Below, in pieces: positions 23,212-34,018 of a stretch of DNA of 34,018 nucleotides (within the stretch, counting starts at the first letter, position 1; each line of letters opens with the position of its first letter). A model generated the notes under the pieces. It had not been told where the DNA came from. It saw nothing but the letters and a program-made list of their open reading frames with translations, and did not search any database. The position numbers and the translations under genes were made by a program. Origin of the DNA: Toensbergia leucococca (Eukaryota); the NCBI GenBank assembly GCA_022813965.1, contig JALDZS010000083.1, forward strand, positions 62,001-96,018, given 5' to 3'.

Positions 23212-25409
23212 CTACAAGCTTACCTCAACTCTTCCCTCAGCGCCCGGTGCTCCTTGGGCAAGGTTGGGCATCAGGTAAGTGATATCATCCCAAGGGTGCC
23301 TATACAGCCCTGTCCTCAATCTCTTCTGATCTAGGTAATGTGCAATCAAACCGATGCTCCTCCCTAGCACAAATAATCCGTTCAATACTCCCATACTTAA
23401 GTAATCTTCCGCCTCCTCTGCGGTGAATGCACCGCAGTTGCGAAGTAGGTCAACGAAACAGACTGCGACGCAACCGTCTACGTTGAGGATTAGATTGTCC
23501 TTTTTGGAGGTGGTGACGGTTTCAACGGCAATGGCATAATCGAGCATCTTGCAGCTGGGGAATCGCTTCTTCACAAATTCTTTGACAAGTTCGACGCGTA
23601 AATCGGGGTTGTTTCGTGATTTAACCTTGTGGCCGATTCCGGGGACTGTAATTGTCAGCATCTGAAGAGTTCGACAATTTTATTGGAACCGTACTAAGCT
23701 TGTTTTCCTTTCTCATCGTGTCGACAAAGTCTCGGGGGCTCAGACCCTTGTCGAAAGCATTCGTAAATTCTTCTGCGGCGCCGTCTAGCGCACCACCAAA
23801 TCTTGAACCAATAGTAAGAAGACCGGATACCAAAGCGCTAATGAGATCTTTCCCTGCTCGAGTTGTGATGATAGTATTCATGGCACCGGAGACAGCCGGA
23901 CCGTGATCGGCAGTCAACATGAGGACCATCTCAAGGAATCTACTTGCATATTCTGGAAGTCGGCGGCGAAACCATAGTAATGACATGACACCTCCAATTC
24001 CAATCTCTTCTCTAAAAACGTCAGAGATAGGCATGCCAGCGTACAGAAGCTCTTGCCCACGATCGTCTGAGATGGTCGAGATGAATGCAGCTGGTTTACG
24101 CACAAGGCCAAGTTCTTGAGCCCATGAGTAATCAATGGGAATCTTGGGAGGAATGGGCTCTGGCTGTGGCTTGATTACACCTTTCTTGACAAGCCCTTGG
24201 TAGACCTCACCGAGAAGTTGAGGCATTTCCTCGAAAGTATCTGGCACGTAGATACCGGCCTCTTTCATTGTCTTGTTCTTCATGGCTGCAGTCTCAAGTT
24301 GAGAGTTGGCAAAAGAACCAGCATGACCGAATTGAACTTCTGTCTTGAACATAGTCGCACAGGTACCAATTGCCCATGCGACAACAGGTTTGGTGATGGT
24401 ACCATTTTTGACAGCTTCAATAACATGGTATTCCTCGACTCCACCCACTTCACCAAGGAGAAGTAGGAGCTTGCATTCTGGATCCGCTTGATATCGAAGT
24501 ATATGGTCGATAAACGTAGTGCCAGGATATCGGTCGCCACCGATAGCAACACCTTCATAAACACCATCCGTGGTATTGGCAATGATGTTGTTAAGTTCGT
24601 TCGACATGCCTCCAGATTTTGAAACGTACCCAACTGAACCCTTGCGGTAGAGCTTGGAAGAGACAATGTTGTCCATCATACCGCCAGTGTTGCCAATTTT
24701 GTAAGCTCCAGGCTTGATGCCACCGACCGTGGCTGGTCCGATGATGGTGACGCCCTTCTTTTTGGCAACATGGAGGATTTCTCGAGCTCGTCTCTCGGGA
24801 ACTCCCTCTGCAATAATTGCAATTGATTTTATTTGAGGGTACTCCATGAGGTCCATAGTGGAGGTGTAGACACTTCGTGAAGATGCGAAGTTGACGACTG
24901 TATCCACATCGTTGTGCTTCTCTATGGCTTTTTGCACATCTTGATAGACAGGTAATAAGGTCTCGCTAGTTCCCCAGTACCTGCAGGCCATAGACATTAG
25001 CTACTGGACGAAGCATATAACTTCGCTGGAAGAGGGATTTGTCTCATACATTTTGCTAACGAATTGGCCCCCGAAAGTGTAAATTATGCCAGCAACCGAA
25101 GGTGTTGTTCGCTTGCAGATGAAGTCGAAGTCGAGCATACCTTGCACGGCTCGAGGTTGAAGACCGCTGAAGATAAATAGTGAGCATGGCGCACATTGAA
25201 TATACCGATAATAAGAGGTCTTACTATACAAAGCATCTTGTCTTGTTGTGAAAGAGCATATGTTCCGCATGAGGACTCAATGGTCTACTATTAGGTAGAA
25301 ATCGACGGATGTTATCGTTGACGGAGCCGACTCGACCAGTCCCATTTGTTACCGGCGCTGAAGTGGAGGCTGGGGGTGGACCATTGGTAACTGGAGTAGC
25401 TGAAGGCAT
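23212..25409 (-). CDS. ACL1: ATP-citrate lyase subunit 1 (large; SCS-alpha-like + citryl-CoA lyase domains); exons 25409-25225, 25166-25050, 24980-23695, 23645-23212
   Basis: [36 protein letters not shown] (phospho-His), [39 protein letters not shown]. Confidence 0.98.
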
Positions 25410-26256
25410 GATAAAGGAGGGTATGTAGACTTGGATGAAGGTTGTGGCAGCAGTAAAATTGATGCTGGAGCAAGAAGTATGTAGTGAGACAAGGTGGGTT
25501 GTCACTTAAGCGTGAGGGCGAGTGAATGAAAATACAGGGGGTGGTATTAGGAAGGGGACGATGTTGTGAGTGACTGACTAGCACAACAATGTAGCTTGAC
25601 TATGGGGAGAGACTTGTCAGATTTTTTGTGTGGTGAGACTGATGAGAGCTCTGGTCGAGCTTATTGTTGATCCTCTCAATCCTACAATCCTCGTCACACC
25701 GGGCCGACAAGGTTACATTTGTTGACTAGCTGGGGTACACTAGGCCCAATACACGCTGGTTCGGACACCGAAAAGCACCTGTAAAGCACCTGGATGGAAA
25801 CACCGCTGGACCCCAAACATCTCGAGTCCAACGCTTTTCTCTGACCCATGTGAACCATCTCCCATGTTCACTAAGTGCAACTAAGATTCAGATAACTTTC
25901 CTGCTTGTGAACTTGTGTTACACCAAAAAAAAGCACATTGTACAGGTACAAAAAAGATCCCCAAACCTACCGGAGCATCTGGGACCTACCACCGAATCCT
26001 GCAGAAACTTCTCTTTGGACCTCAATTAACCTTCCTTAAGCAGATACAACATCACTTTGTTCTCTACATATCGTCGTTGAGCTTCACACACAGCAAAGAA
26101 ACGTTTCCTGAACTGTATACCTCCATTAATCACATTGCCAAAGGTAAGCTTTCCTTTTGGTGGAACAACTAGGGGCGCTCGGCGACTTCTTGTGAACACT
26201 TTGGAATGCTTACAACACTGCAGTTTCACAGCTCCCAAATTGTCTAATTCATAAAA
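25410..26256. promoter_or_regulatory. Bidirectional intergenic/promoter region of ACL1-ACL2 with probable 5'UTR introns
   Basis: The start codons are 847 bp apart and divergent. Candidate 5'UTR introns: AAG|GTAAGC 26144 to CAG 26223 or 26231 (+), and GTCAGT 25578 to CAG 25465 (-). Confidence 0.6.
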
Positions 26257-27899
26257 ATGGCCGCCAAGTCGATCCTTGAAGCCGATGGCAAAGCGATCCT
26301 AAATTATCATCTCACTCGTGCCCCAGTCATCAAACCATCACCTTTGCCAGCTTCCTCACTGCACAATCCTCCATCAAAGCTTGCATCGCTCTACTTTCCC
26401 GAAGGCACCCCCAATGCTGCAATTCTCGATCAAGCCGAAGCTACATATCCATGGCTACTTTCCAAAGATATGAAATTAGTCGCAAAGCCAGATCAACTGA
26501 TCAAGCGTCGAGGCAAGAGCGGACTACTTGCTCTAAACAAAACATGGCCGGAAGCTCGAGCTTGGATCGAGGCTCGGGCTGGAAAGTCCCAGCAAGTCGA
26601 GACAGTGAAGGGTGTACTAAGACAATTCTTGGTTGAACCATTTGTACCGCATCCTTCCGGCACCGAATATTACATTAACATTAATTCCGTCCGAGATGTA
26701 TGTCAATGTCTCCTTGTTCTTCTAAAGTGATTTGAATGTTTTTCAAACAGCCAAAATCTACAAATCCAAACAAGATGGCAAATCAATTACGCGAAGCTGA
26801 CGGAGTTTTTTTCAGGGCGACTGGATTCTTTTCACAGACGAGGGCGGAGTGGATGTTGGTGATGTGGATGCAAAAGCCGCAAAACTTCTTGTCCCGGTAG
26901 ACCTCTCAGAATATCCTTCTAACGAGGAGATTGCTGCAACTCTGTTGAAAAAAGTGCCGAAAGGTGTCCATAATGTCCTAGTGGACTTCATCACGAGATT
27001 GTATGCAGTCTATGTTGAATGCCAATTCACCTATCTCGAGATCAATCCCCTCGTCGTCATCCCAAATGAAGATAACACGTCGGCCGAAGTCTATTTCCTC
27101 GACCTTGCTGCTAAGCTTGATCAGACTGCTGAATTTGAATGTGGTGTGAAATGGGCCGAAGCACGAAGTCCTGCAGCATTGGGACTTCCTGGTATCAAGG
27201 CGGACGGCAAAGTCAGCATTGATGCCGGGCCGCCCATGGAATTCCCGGCACCATTCGGTCGCGAAATGAGCAAGGAGGAAGCATATATCTCCGACATGGA
27301 CGCAAAGACTGGTGCCTCGCTTAAACTTACCATTTTGAACTCCAACGGCCGTATTTGGACCCTTGTTGCAGGTGGAGGCGCATCGGTTGTTTACGCCGAC
27401 GCTATTGCCTCTTCGGGATTTTCGAATGAGCTTGCCAACTACGGAGAATACTCGGGTGCGCCAACCGAGACACAAACATTCCATTACGCCCGAACTGTCC
27501 TCGATCTCATGTTACGCGCACCTATACATCCAGAAGGCAAGGTTTTGTTTATTGGAGGAGGTATTGCAAATTTCACCAACGTAAGTAAATCCGCATTTTA
27601 AAACCAGGAATTATTAGCACGATCACGCTGAACAAGTCACGTAGGTTGCTTCAACATTCAAGGGCGTCATTCGTGCTCTACGGGAAGCTGCCAGTGGATT
27701 ACATGAGCACAAGGTCCAGATTTGGGTTCGTCGTGCTGGGCCCAATTATCAAGAAGGCCTGAAGAATATCAAGGCGGTTGGCGAAGAGTTGAAGTTGGAC
27801 ATGCATGTTTATGGCCCAGAGATGCATGTCAGTGGTATAGTTCCACTGGCCTTGGTTCCTGGCAAGGGCTTGGGCGATATCAAGGAATTCGGCACATGA
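26257..27899 (+). CDS. ACL2: ATP-citrate lyase subunit 2 (small; ATP-grasp + citrate binding); exons 26257-26697, 26816-27580, 27645-27899
   Basis: [94 protein letters not shown]. Confidence 0.98.
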
Positions 27900-28308
27900 T
27901 AGAGTCCAGCATAGAGGTTTGAGTTGTTTTCAGTACTTTGTTTCCTATGTGTTGGGATTGCTAGAGCGGAATGCTAAGATATGGAGACTCTTGCATGGGG
28001 TCAATTAGCGTTGGCCTGGCATTATTCCCAGACTTTGTAGCACAATCTATTGCAAAGTCTCATGTTCATTGTCTGTCTCGATTGATGAGCGCGACGAATT
28101 GATGAGACGCCATTCTACTCCTAGTTTGATTCACAGCATACATGTTCTATTATTGATCCCAATGGCAGTGAAGAAGTCTTGTATTTCATTCCACTCTAGT
28201 CGATGGCAATGGTGAATCAACTAGGACCATTCACGCCCTACCACACGACTGTCTCTATCTCTACTTCTTCCATGATGGGCTCATCATAGATCCACTTAAC
28301 CCAGTACC

Positions 28309-29257
28309 ATGAAATTCTCATCAATAACCTACTCTTTCGCTCTCATCACAGCAGCCTCTATAAAACCTCCCTCGGACCCATACTTCGCTGTAAGTACTAC
28401 GCCATACATCCCTTATGGTCGAACTGATGATTGAGTGCAGCCTAGCATCAATGCGCCGCATCGAGCATCTTCAAAGGCTCCCATCCACAACCAGCGCCCT
28501 CGAACCACAACACCCCAAACCAACCCCTAAACATCCCCTCTCCAGCTACAACAACATCCTCTCCAAACCCCCCCTTACCAAGTCCACTCCACCCCCCCCC
28601 CCACCAAATAATCGAACAAGCCCCATGCTGACCAAATCCCCCACAGGCTCCCTCCCCCGCCGTCAACAACCCTCCACAAGCTGGCTCGAAACCCTCATCC
28701 TCACCTCCACCCTCTCGGGAACCCTCACCACCACAACAGTCACAGACGTCTTCTCCGACACAGGCCAAACAATCTACATCCCGCCCGCCTCCTGGTCCAC
28801 AGCCGCCAGCCTCTCCTCCCTCTCCGTCGCGTCCGCCTTGGCCAGCTCTGTAGCAGCAGGCTTGACGACGCTGCTGACTACGACCTCCAGCTCGGAGGAT
28901 GCGGCGGCGCAGTCGAGTGCCGAGGCTAGTGAGATGAGTGTGGATTTTTCGGTCGCGGGGGGAAATGTGGCGATGACGATGACGACGACGACGGGGGGGT
29001 CTGTGGTGGTGTCCACGGCAATCACGAGTGTCACAAGTGCGGATTCGCAGACGACGCCAGAGGGGGTGATTCATGTTGGAGATAGATTCGTGTTTACGCT
29101 TGGGAGGGCTTTGTCGACTGGGGAGGCCGGGGCTAGAGCTACTGCTTCTACGGGGGGAGCTGCGGCAGAGAGGACGGGGTTTGGGAGTTGTACGTTTGGG
29201 TTGATTGGATGGGTGGGCTTTGTGGTGATAGTAGGGATGTGTGGATGGTGTTTTTAA
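28309..29257 (+). CDS. Putative secreted Ser/Thr-rich, GPI-anchored cell-surface protein (5' exon structure uncertain)
   Basis: ATG 28309 MKFSSITYSFALITAAS (signal-peptide-like) is followed by a GTAAGT donor at 28390. Long S/T-rich frame from ~28647 ends in a small-residue stretch and hydrophobic tail (ATASTGGAAA..FGLIGWVGFVVIVGMCGWCF). Confidence 0.6.
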
Positions 29258-30196
29258 AAAGACTTTTGCGCGTGGGGGGTCGTGTGGGGTATAGGGAGGT
29301 TTTTTTGAGTATATCCGTTGGTGAATTTCTTTACTTTTTGTGGATTTGTTCTGGGGGTTTTTTGCGGACATGGGGAGTATTGTGGGATATGGGAAATAGG
29401 AGGAGTTTGTTTTCATTAAAAAGAAAAACAAATTTTCTGATATCTTCATTGGCATCGGCATGGGCGTAGGGTGTTGTAACGAGGACCAATCTTTCCAAAA
29501 AAAAGTCCGTAAATATGATTTCAGCCCCTTTTGCATTCCCCCCCCGCGTCTATGCAGCAAATCATTTTCAAACCGGCTCCCTGCGCCTTCCTTCATTCCT
29601 CCCCCCCTTTCTTTTCCTTCCTCCCTCCCCACCTCCAAAGTCACGATTTTGAAAAACGCCGAAAGCGGCACCTTTTCGCCGTCGTCTAAGCAGCCCATAA
29701 TGCCCAGCTACAATTTATTCCTGTTTGTGTGTTGTGTGGTTACTGTGTGGGAAAGGCGGAGATTATGTAACGCACGGAGATTTAAGAAGGGGGGTATTAC
29801 TCCTTTTAGTCTGAAATCTTGTAGCGTATTTTCGGGGGGTTTTTTTTAGGACTGTCCTCTGCAGGGGCAGAGAATGGAAGGTGGGTTTTTGTTGTGGGGG
29901 ATGGTATGGGTATGAATGGTTATGCGATGGTATGGGGAGTTTATATGAGCCTTTTTTTTTTCGTTCTGTTTTGGTTGAGGTGTCAGTGATATGAAGCTGC
30001 CGTTTTTTTGGGGTCTTTTGGTGAAAGTGTAGATATTGGTGGCGCTGGGAATTGGAGGCTTGAGGGTTTGAAGGGTTGGGCTTTGCGGATTTGAATGTGT
30101 TGACTGTGTGTTAGTGTACTTTTGTGAGTGGGAAGCAGGAGTTTGAGAGGGAGATCTGAGTATGTGTTGTGTGTATGAGTGAGTTAGAGGGTTGAT

Positions 30197-30220
30197 CTGC
30201 TGCTGCTGCTGCTGCTGCTG
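30197..30220 (+). repeat. (CTG)8 microsatellite
   Basis: Directly visible within a G/T-rich low-complexity region. Confidence 0.9.
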
Positions 30221-31433
30221 ATGTGTGTTGTGTTATTATGATGGTTTGAGTTTGGTGGTTGATATTCTGAGTATGACAGATAGGTCAATCAGGTTTGATT
30301 TTAATGAGGCTTTTTTGAGGGGAATGAACTCCTGAAGGGGGGGTGTGATGGGTCGTAAGGGTTTGATTGTTTCTGAGCTTTTGAGAGAGGATGAGAGAGG
30401 GAAGAAAAAGGGAATTTGAGAAGAAAGAAGAGGGAAGTTGAGTGTGATTATTGTGAAAGGCGCTAGTTTGAGAAGGGGTTCTGTGAGGTTTTGAGTGGGG
30501 GAAGGTTTATAGAGCTGAGGTTTTCTGCTCATTTTTGTAAAGATTTATGAGTTGAGTGTGATTGTGAGTAAAAGGGGGTTAGATCAAAAGGCGTTTGTTC
30601 AATAGATCTATAGAAACGTAAGATTGCATTCAACGAATTTCACTCCGCTTGCTTCAAAGCCTTGGACAGTATTTGCTCTATAGCTGGTAGAAGAAAATAC
30701 TCGACGTTGAACTGGTGCGACAAGGGTATACAGGAGATCATCTTTGTTGTAGATAAACAACATGAGAAGGCATACAGAAGATTATCCACCAGTTGATGCC
30801 TCTTAATCACTTCTTAGTAATGTCTTTAGAAGTCAGGTCAGAGTGTAGTACACTTCAATTCTGAATGCATGAGAAACTGAAAGATAAGATGACTGAGTGA
30901 GAAGGTGTGACTGAAATTTTGCAATGCAAGAACTAGATGCTCCTTCAGGCTCTTGTGAGAAAACTATATCGGAGTATGCATTATGCATTATGCATTCAAG
31001 ATTATCATGAATAGAAATAGCAGGCGGTGCGGTGTCTATGCTGCACAGAAGTGAGTAGCATGCATGACATACTCTAGGTAGTAGAACAATATCACGGGTC
31101 CACGGAAGCGGGGCCCGCTGATTAAAGTACTTCTCCATTTTGACACTTGCTCATGCGTCGATACCCAATCAGTAGGTTAAACCATGTAAGACAAGTTCAT
31201 CATTAAGACAGTGGACTCATTTTGACTTTGGAGCTGATTTTGGGCCAAGATAGATGGAGTGCGTACATTGGTGGAACAATATGCATTACGGCGGACAGGA
31301 GTCCGAGGAAATTAGGCCTATGACGAAAGTGGACCTAGGTCAGACTGTCTTCCTTCAGTCTGAAATATGGCACTGCTAAGTCATCTCATATCCAAGCAGC
31401 GCTTACATCGCATTGAAGTGTAAATAGAGCAAA

Positions 31434-32563
31434 ATGCCCGTCGGCGCCTTCCCACTTGAAAACAAGACTTGTGTCGTAACCGGTGGAGGCTCAGGTGTGT
31501 ACAAACAACAAGATTTCTAGATTACCGAGTACGAGCTTGCTGATCTGTGAAAGGTATCTCTCTCGCCTTTGTTAGGCTTGCAGTTGCTCACCGTGCCAAC
31601 GTCATCATTGCCGACATCCACCAAAGTCCTGAAGTTGAAGAGCTGATCAAGACCACCAAGAATGTTGTCTTTACTAAATGCGACGTTGCCAATTGGGAAC
31701 ATTTGCGAAGTTTGATTCAAGTCTCTGAGAACGCATTTGGCCAGGTGCCGGATGTGTATGTCGCTGGAGCAGGAGTTTTCCAGCCCGTAAGCTTTTGCAC
31801 CTTCCGCCTATGAGTCGATCAATCCAGTGACATGGCAAAACCGCATGTGATTGTCGTTACTTAATAATAGCTCTCGCAGGCGTGGTCGAATTTCTGGTCA
31901 GACACGGAGATAGACCGTTACGCCAGTATTGATATAAATCTTTCTCATCCAATTAAGCTCACCCGTATCGCCATGCGGGCACTTCTTTCGAAGAACAAGC
32001 CCGGAGTCGTACTCATCGTATCTTCAGTCGCTGGCCTGCGAAGTAATTATGCCGCTGCGCTGTACTGTGCAACGAAACATGCTCTCGTTGGATTTTCTAG
32101 GAGCATGGGGCCAGCAGATGAAGATGAAGGAATCAAGGTAGTGTGTATTTGCCCAGGGTAAGTTTTCTCTCCAAACGCCTTGCTTTGGGTAGATCGGCTA
32201 TACCCGGTTCCTAAGCTTGGGACGCAAGTAAGCTAAGTCGTCTTTCCCTATGATCCCAGGATCGTTAACACACCCCTGTGGACAGCCTCACATATGTCTC
32301 AGTTCTCGGTTTCGTCTGAGACTAGTCTAAGCCCTTCAGCCGTCGCCGATGCAATGGCAGAGCTTATACAGGAAGAGAAGTATAGCGGTGGGACGGTGAT
32401 GCAAATCTCCGTTGGCGTAAAAGAAGTGGTCAAATTTGATGAGGCTAGCCAGCCAGCCAGTGACTCTGTTGACCTAGCGGTGTTGGAGATGGCAAAGGAA
32501 AAGTCCTATGCACCTATAAGGGAGATCCTAGCAAGGGAGAGAGGGAATGATGGGGGCGTATGA
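31434..32563 (+). CDS. Short-chain dehydrogenase/reductase (15-hydroxyprostaglandin dehydrogenase-like); exons 31434-31494, 31554-31786, 31880-32157, 32260-32563
   Basis: VVTGGGSGISL (glycine-rich motif), KCDVANW, VAGAGVFQPAWSNFW, INLSHPIKLTRIA, catalytic S..YCATK, ICPGIVNTPLW. Confidence 0.93.
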
Positions 32564-32835
32564 GAGTGAAGTCTTCACACGATATGTTTGAGCTGTTGTG
32601 CTTGATAAATTGTGTTTGTCCATCATAGGAGAAGGAGCTAGAGTCGATACTTGAAATATTCACACCACCCTGGCATCTATTGATAGCGCAAAAGTCCCGC
32701 GAACGCTGGGAAGTGGTGACAACGAATTGCAAAAATCAAGAGTTGTAGACGGAAAAATTTGATTGGAAGAACCTACTTACGGTAAACAGAGAAATCAGCA
32801 AGCCTTTTGACGATTGAGACAGACTTTATTTCATG

Positions 32836-33888
32836 TTACACCACTTTGCCACCCGTGATCCTTTTGAAAACGTCAATACCTTGACTCCCCAGCGCTGTCC
32901 CCACCGCAACAGCAGCAGCTCCAGCACACCTCATGCGTCTAAATCCAGCTCCGTCGCCAACTCCGCGGACCCCAATGATGTCGATGTCTTTTAGTTCGGG
33001 ATGGGAATCTAGCATACTCCGAATTGTACGTACATTTCCCAGAGCCAAAGGGTGAAGCGAGGCACCTGCAAGACCACCTAGTCCAGAACCGTTTGATGAC
33101 TTCAAAGCTGGAAGTGAGTTATCAGATGAGTCAAGGATAAGACAGTTGCCCAGAGTATTAGTGCCAGTGATAAAAGTAATCGGGCAACGTTGAGCTGGAG
33201 CCTTGCCATCTAACAGGGCAAGTATTAGGTTGTCGAATTGGTCTTGGTAGGTGTACGGCGGAGTCTTAATTCCGACTTCCATCCTGTCATTCCGAACATC
33301 GACCGAGGTTGTCATCTGGGCTTGCAATGCTGCCAAGTATTGTGACAGCTCTGATCTAGAGTAGGCTGGTGGTGGTTTTCCCACAATGTTAGGACAAGAT
33401 AGATTGATTTCCATGAGAAGTCTAGCATTCATTTGGCACCGCAGTGCATTGATCAAGCTGTAGCAAGTGACAACATCCGCAACAGAGCCGGTGACAGAGA
33501 AAACTATGGGCTTTCGTTTCCTCGAGTTAGTGCTTAAGTCTACATCTTGATATATCTCTTGGACAATGACAAGGTAGTCTTGTAGAGTGATTGGACTGTA
33601 TCCCAAAGTATTGAGACTTGAAATAGGTCCAGCCGTTGATGAAGGTGTTGTATCATTGTACTTTGTGCCAGCGCTGCCGGAGAGAAGGCTCGTGTCTGTA
33701 TCAAAGAAGCAATATTGATGAACGGTATCATCGTGGCTGAAACCCCTGAGGAGACTTGTACGGATTGTCACAGCACCAGTATATGGGCAATCGTGCAATG
33801 CCTGGAGGTCTTCCTTGGTCGTAGCCCATGGGTTGGCCGAATTCAGCAGTGGAGGGGTGAATAGTGATGATGCTGCGATGGAGTCCAT
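32836..33888 (-). CDS. Class-1 dihydroorotate dehydrogenase-like FMN enzyme (Ura1-like; possibly dihydrouracil oxidase), intronless
   Basis: PPLLNSANPWAT, GAVTIRTSL, SLNTLGYSP, EINLSCPNI (catalytic Cys), GIKTPPY, TNTLG, GGLAGASLHPLALGNV, GAAAVAVGTALG. Confidence 0.9.
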   Translation of the reverse strand: MDSIAASSLFTPPLLNSANPWATTKEDLQALHDCPYTGAVTIRTSLLRGFSHDDTVHQYCFFDTDTSLLSGSAGTKYNDTTPSSTAGPISSLNTLGYSPITLQDYLVIVQEIYQDVDLSTNSRKRKPIVFSVTGSVADVVTCYSLINALRCQMNARLLMEINLSCPNIVGKPPPAYSRSELSQYLAALQAQMTTSVDVRNDRMEVGIKTPPYTYQDQFDNLILALLDGKAPAQRCPITFITGTNTLGNCLILDSSDNSLPALKSSNGSGLGGLAGASLHPLALGNVRTIRSMLDSHPELKDIDIIGVRGVGDGAGFRRMRCAGAAAVAVGTALGSQGIDVFKRITGGKVV

Positions 33889-34018
33889 GATTGACTTCGA
33901 ATCAAGCGTCCTTTTTGAAATTCGGTGATTTCAAAGGGCTGAGGGAGATTGTATATTTCATTGCTCTGATTCCCGTTACTGAGTTAATGGCGAGACACAC
34001 ATTAGGGCGATAGAACTT

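Noticed and set aside
23219..23227. GAG|GTAAGC donor-like site at the ACL1 C-terminus suggesting an alternative tail
   Set aside because: It simply encodes the usual RVEVS ending; no good branch site or acceptor follows.
28448..29698. 416-aa minus-strand ORF
   Set aside because: Antisense shadow of the skewed S/T-rich gene; low-complexity translation with no recognisable domain.
30975..30995. (TATGCAT)x3 tandem repeat
   Set aside because: Short slippage-type repeat with no context suggesting function.
31434..33888. SDR plus DHODH-like gene as a pyrimidine catabolic cluster
   Set aside because: Convergent adjacency only; SDR substrate is unknown and the window ends before further neighbours can be seen.

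Overview
Eukaryotic, intron-rich genomic DNA from a filamentous ascomycete (Pezizomycotina). This is inferred from short GT..AG introns with CTRAY-type branch sites and from the gene set. About 15 protein-coding loci, in order: the 3' end of a small conserved fungal gene, VPS15, U2 snRNP A' (LEA1), a PalI/RIM9 membrane protein, peroxisomal alcohol oxidase, a GNAT acetyltransferase, a small Ser-rich ORF, ORC6, a chimeric HeLo-like/Zn2Cys6 gene, the divergent ATP-citrate lyase pair, a Ser/Thr-rich putative GPI protein, an SDR, and an intronless class-1 DHODH-like flavoprotein (possibly dihydrouracil oxidase). Exon structures were reconstructed by hand. The most unusual element is the gene at 20448-22322. 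It joins a HeLo-like 'fungal N-terminal' domain, with no NACHT or repeat domains, to an internal Zn2Cys6 finger that has its own intron and to an apparent fragment of another protein family, which resembles an integrated-decoy architecture. Also notable are repeated C-rich-then-G-rich compositional modules and an ~82-bp poly-G tract flanked by TTAGG(G) motifs. No rRNA, tRNA, CRISPR array or recognisable transposon was found.
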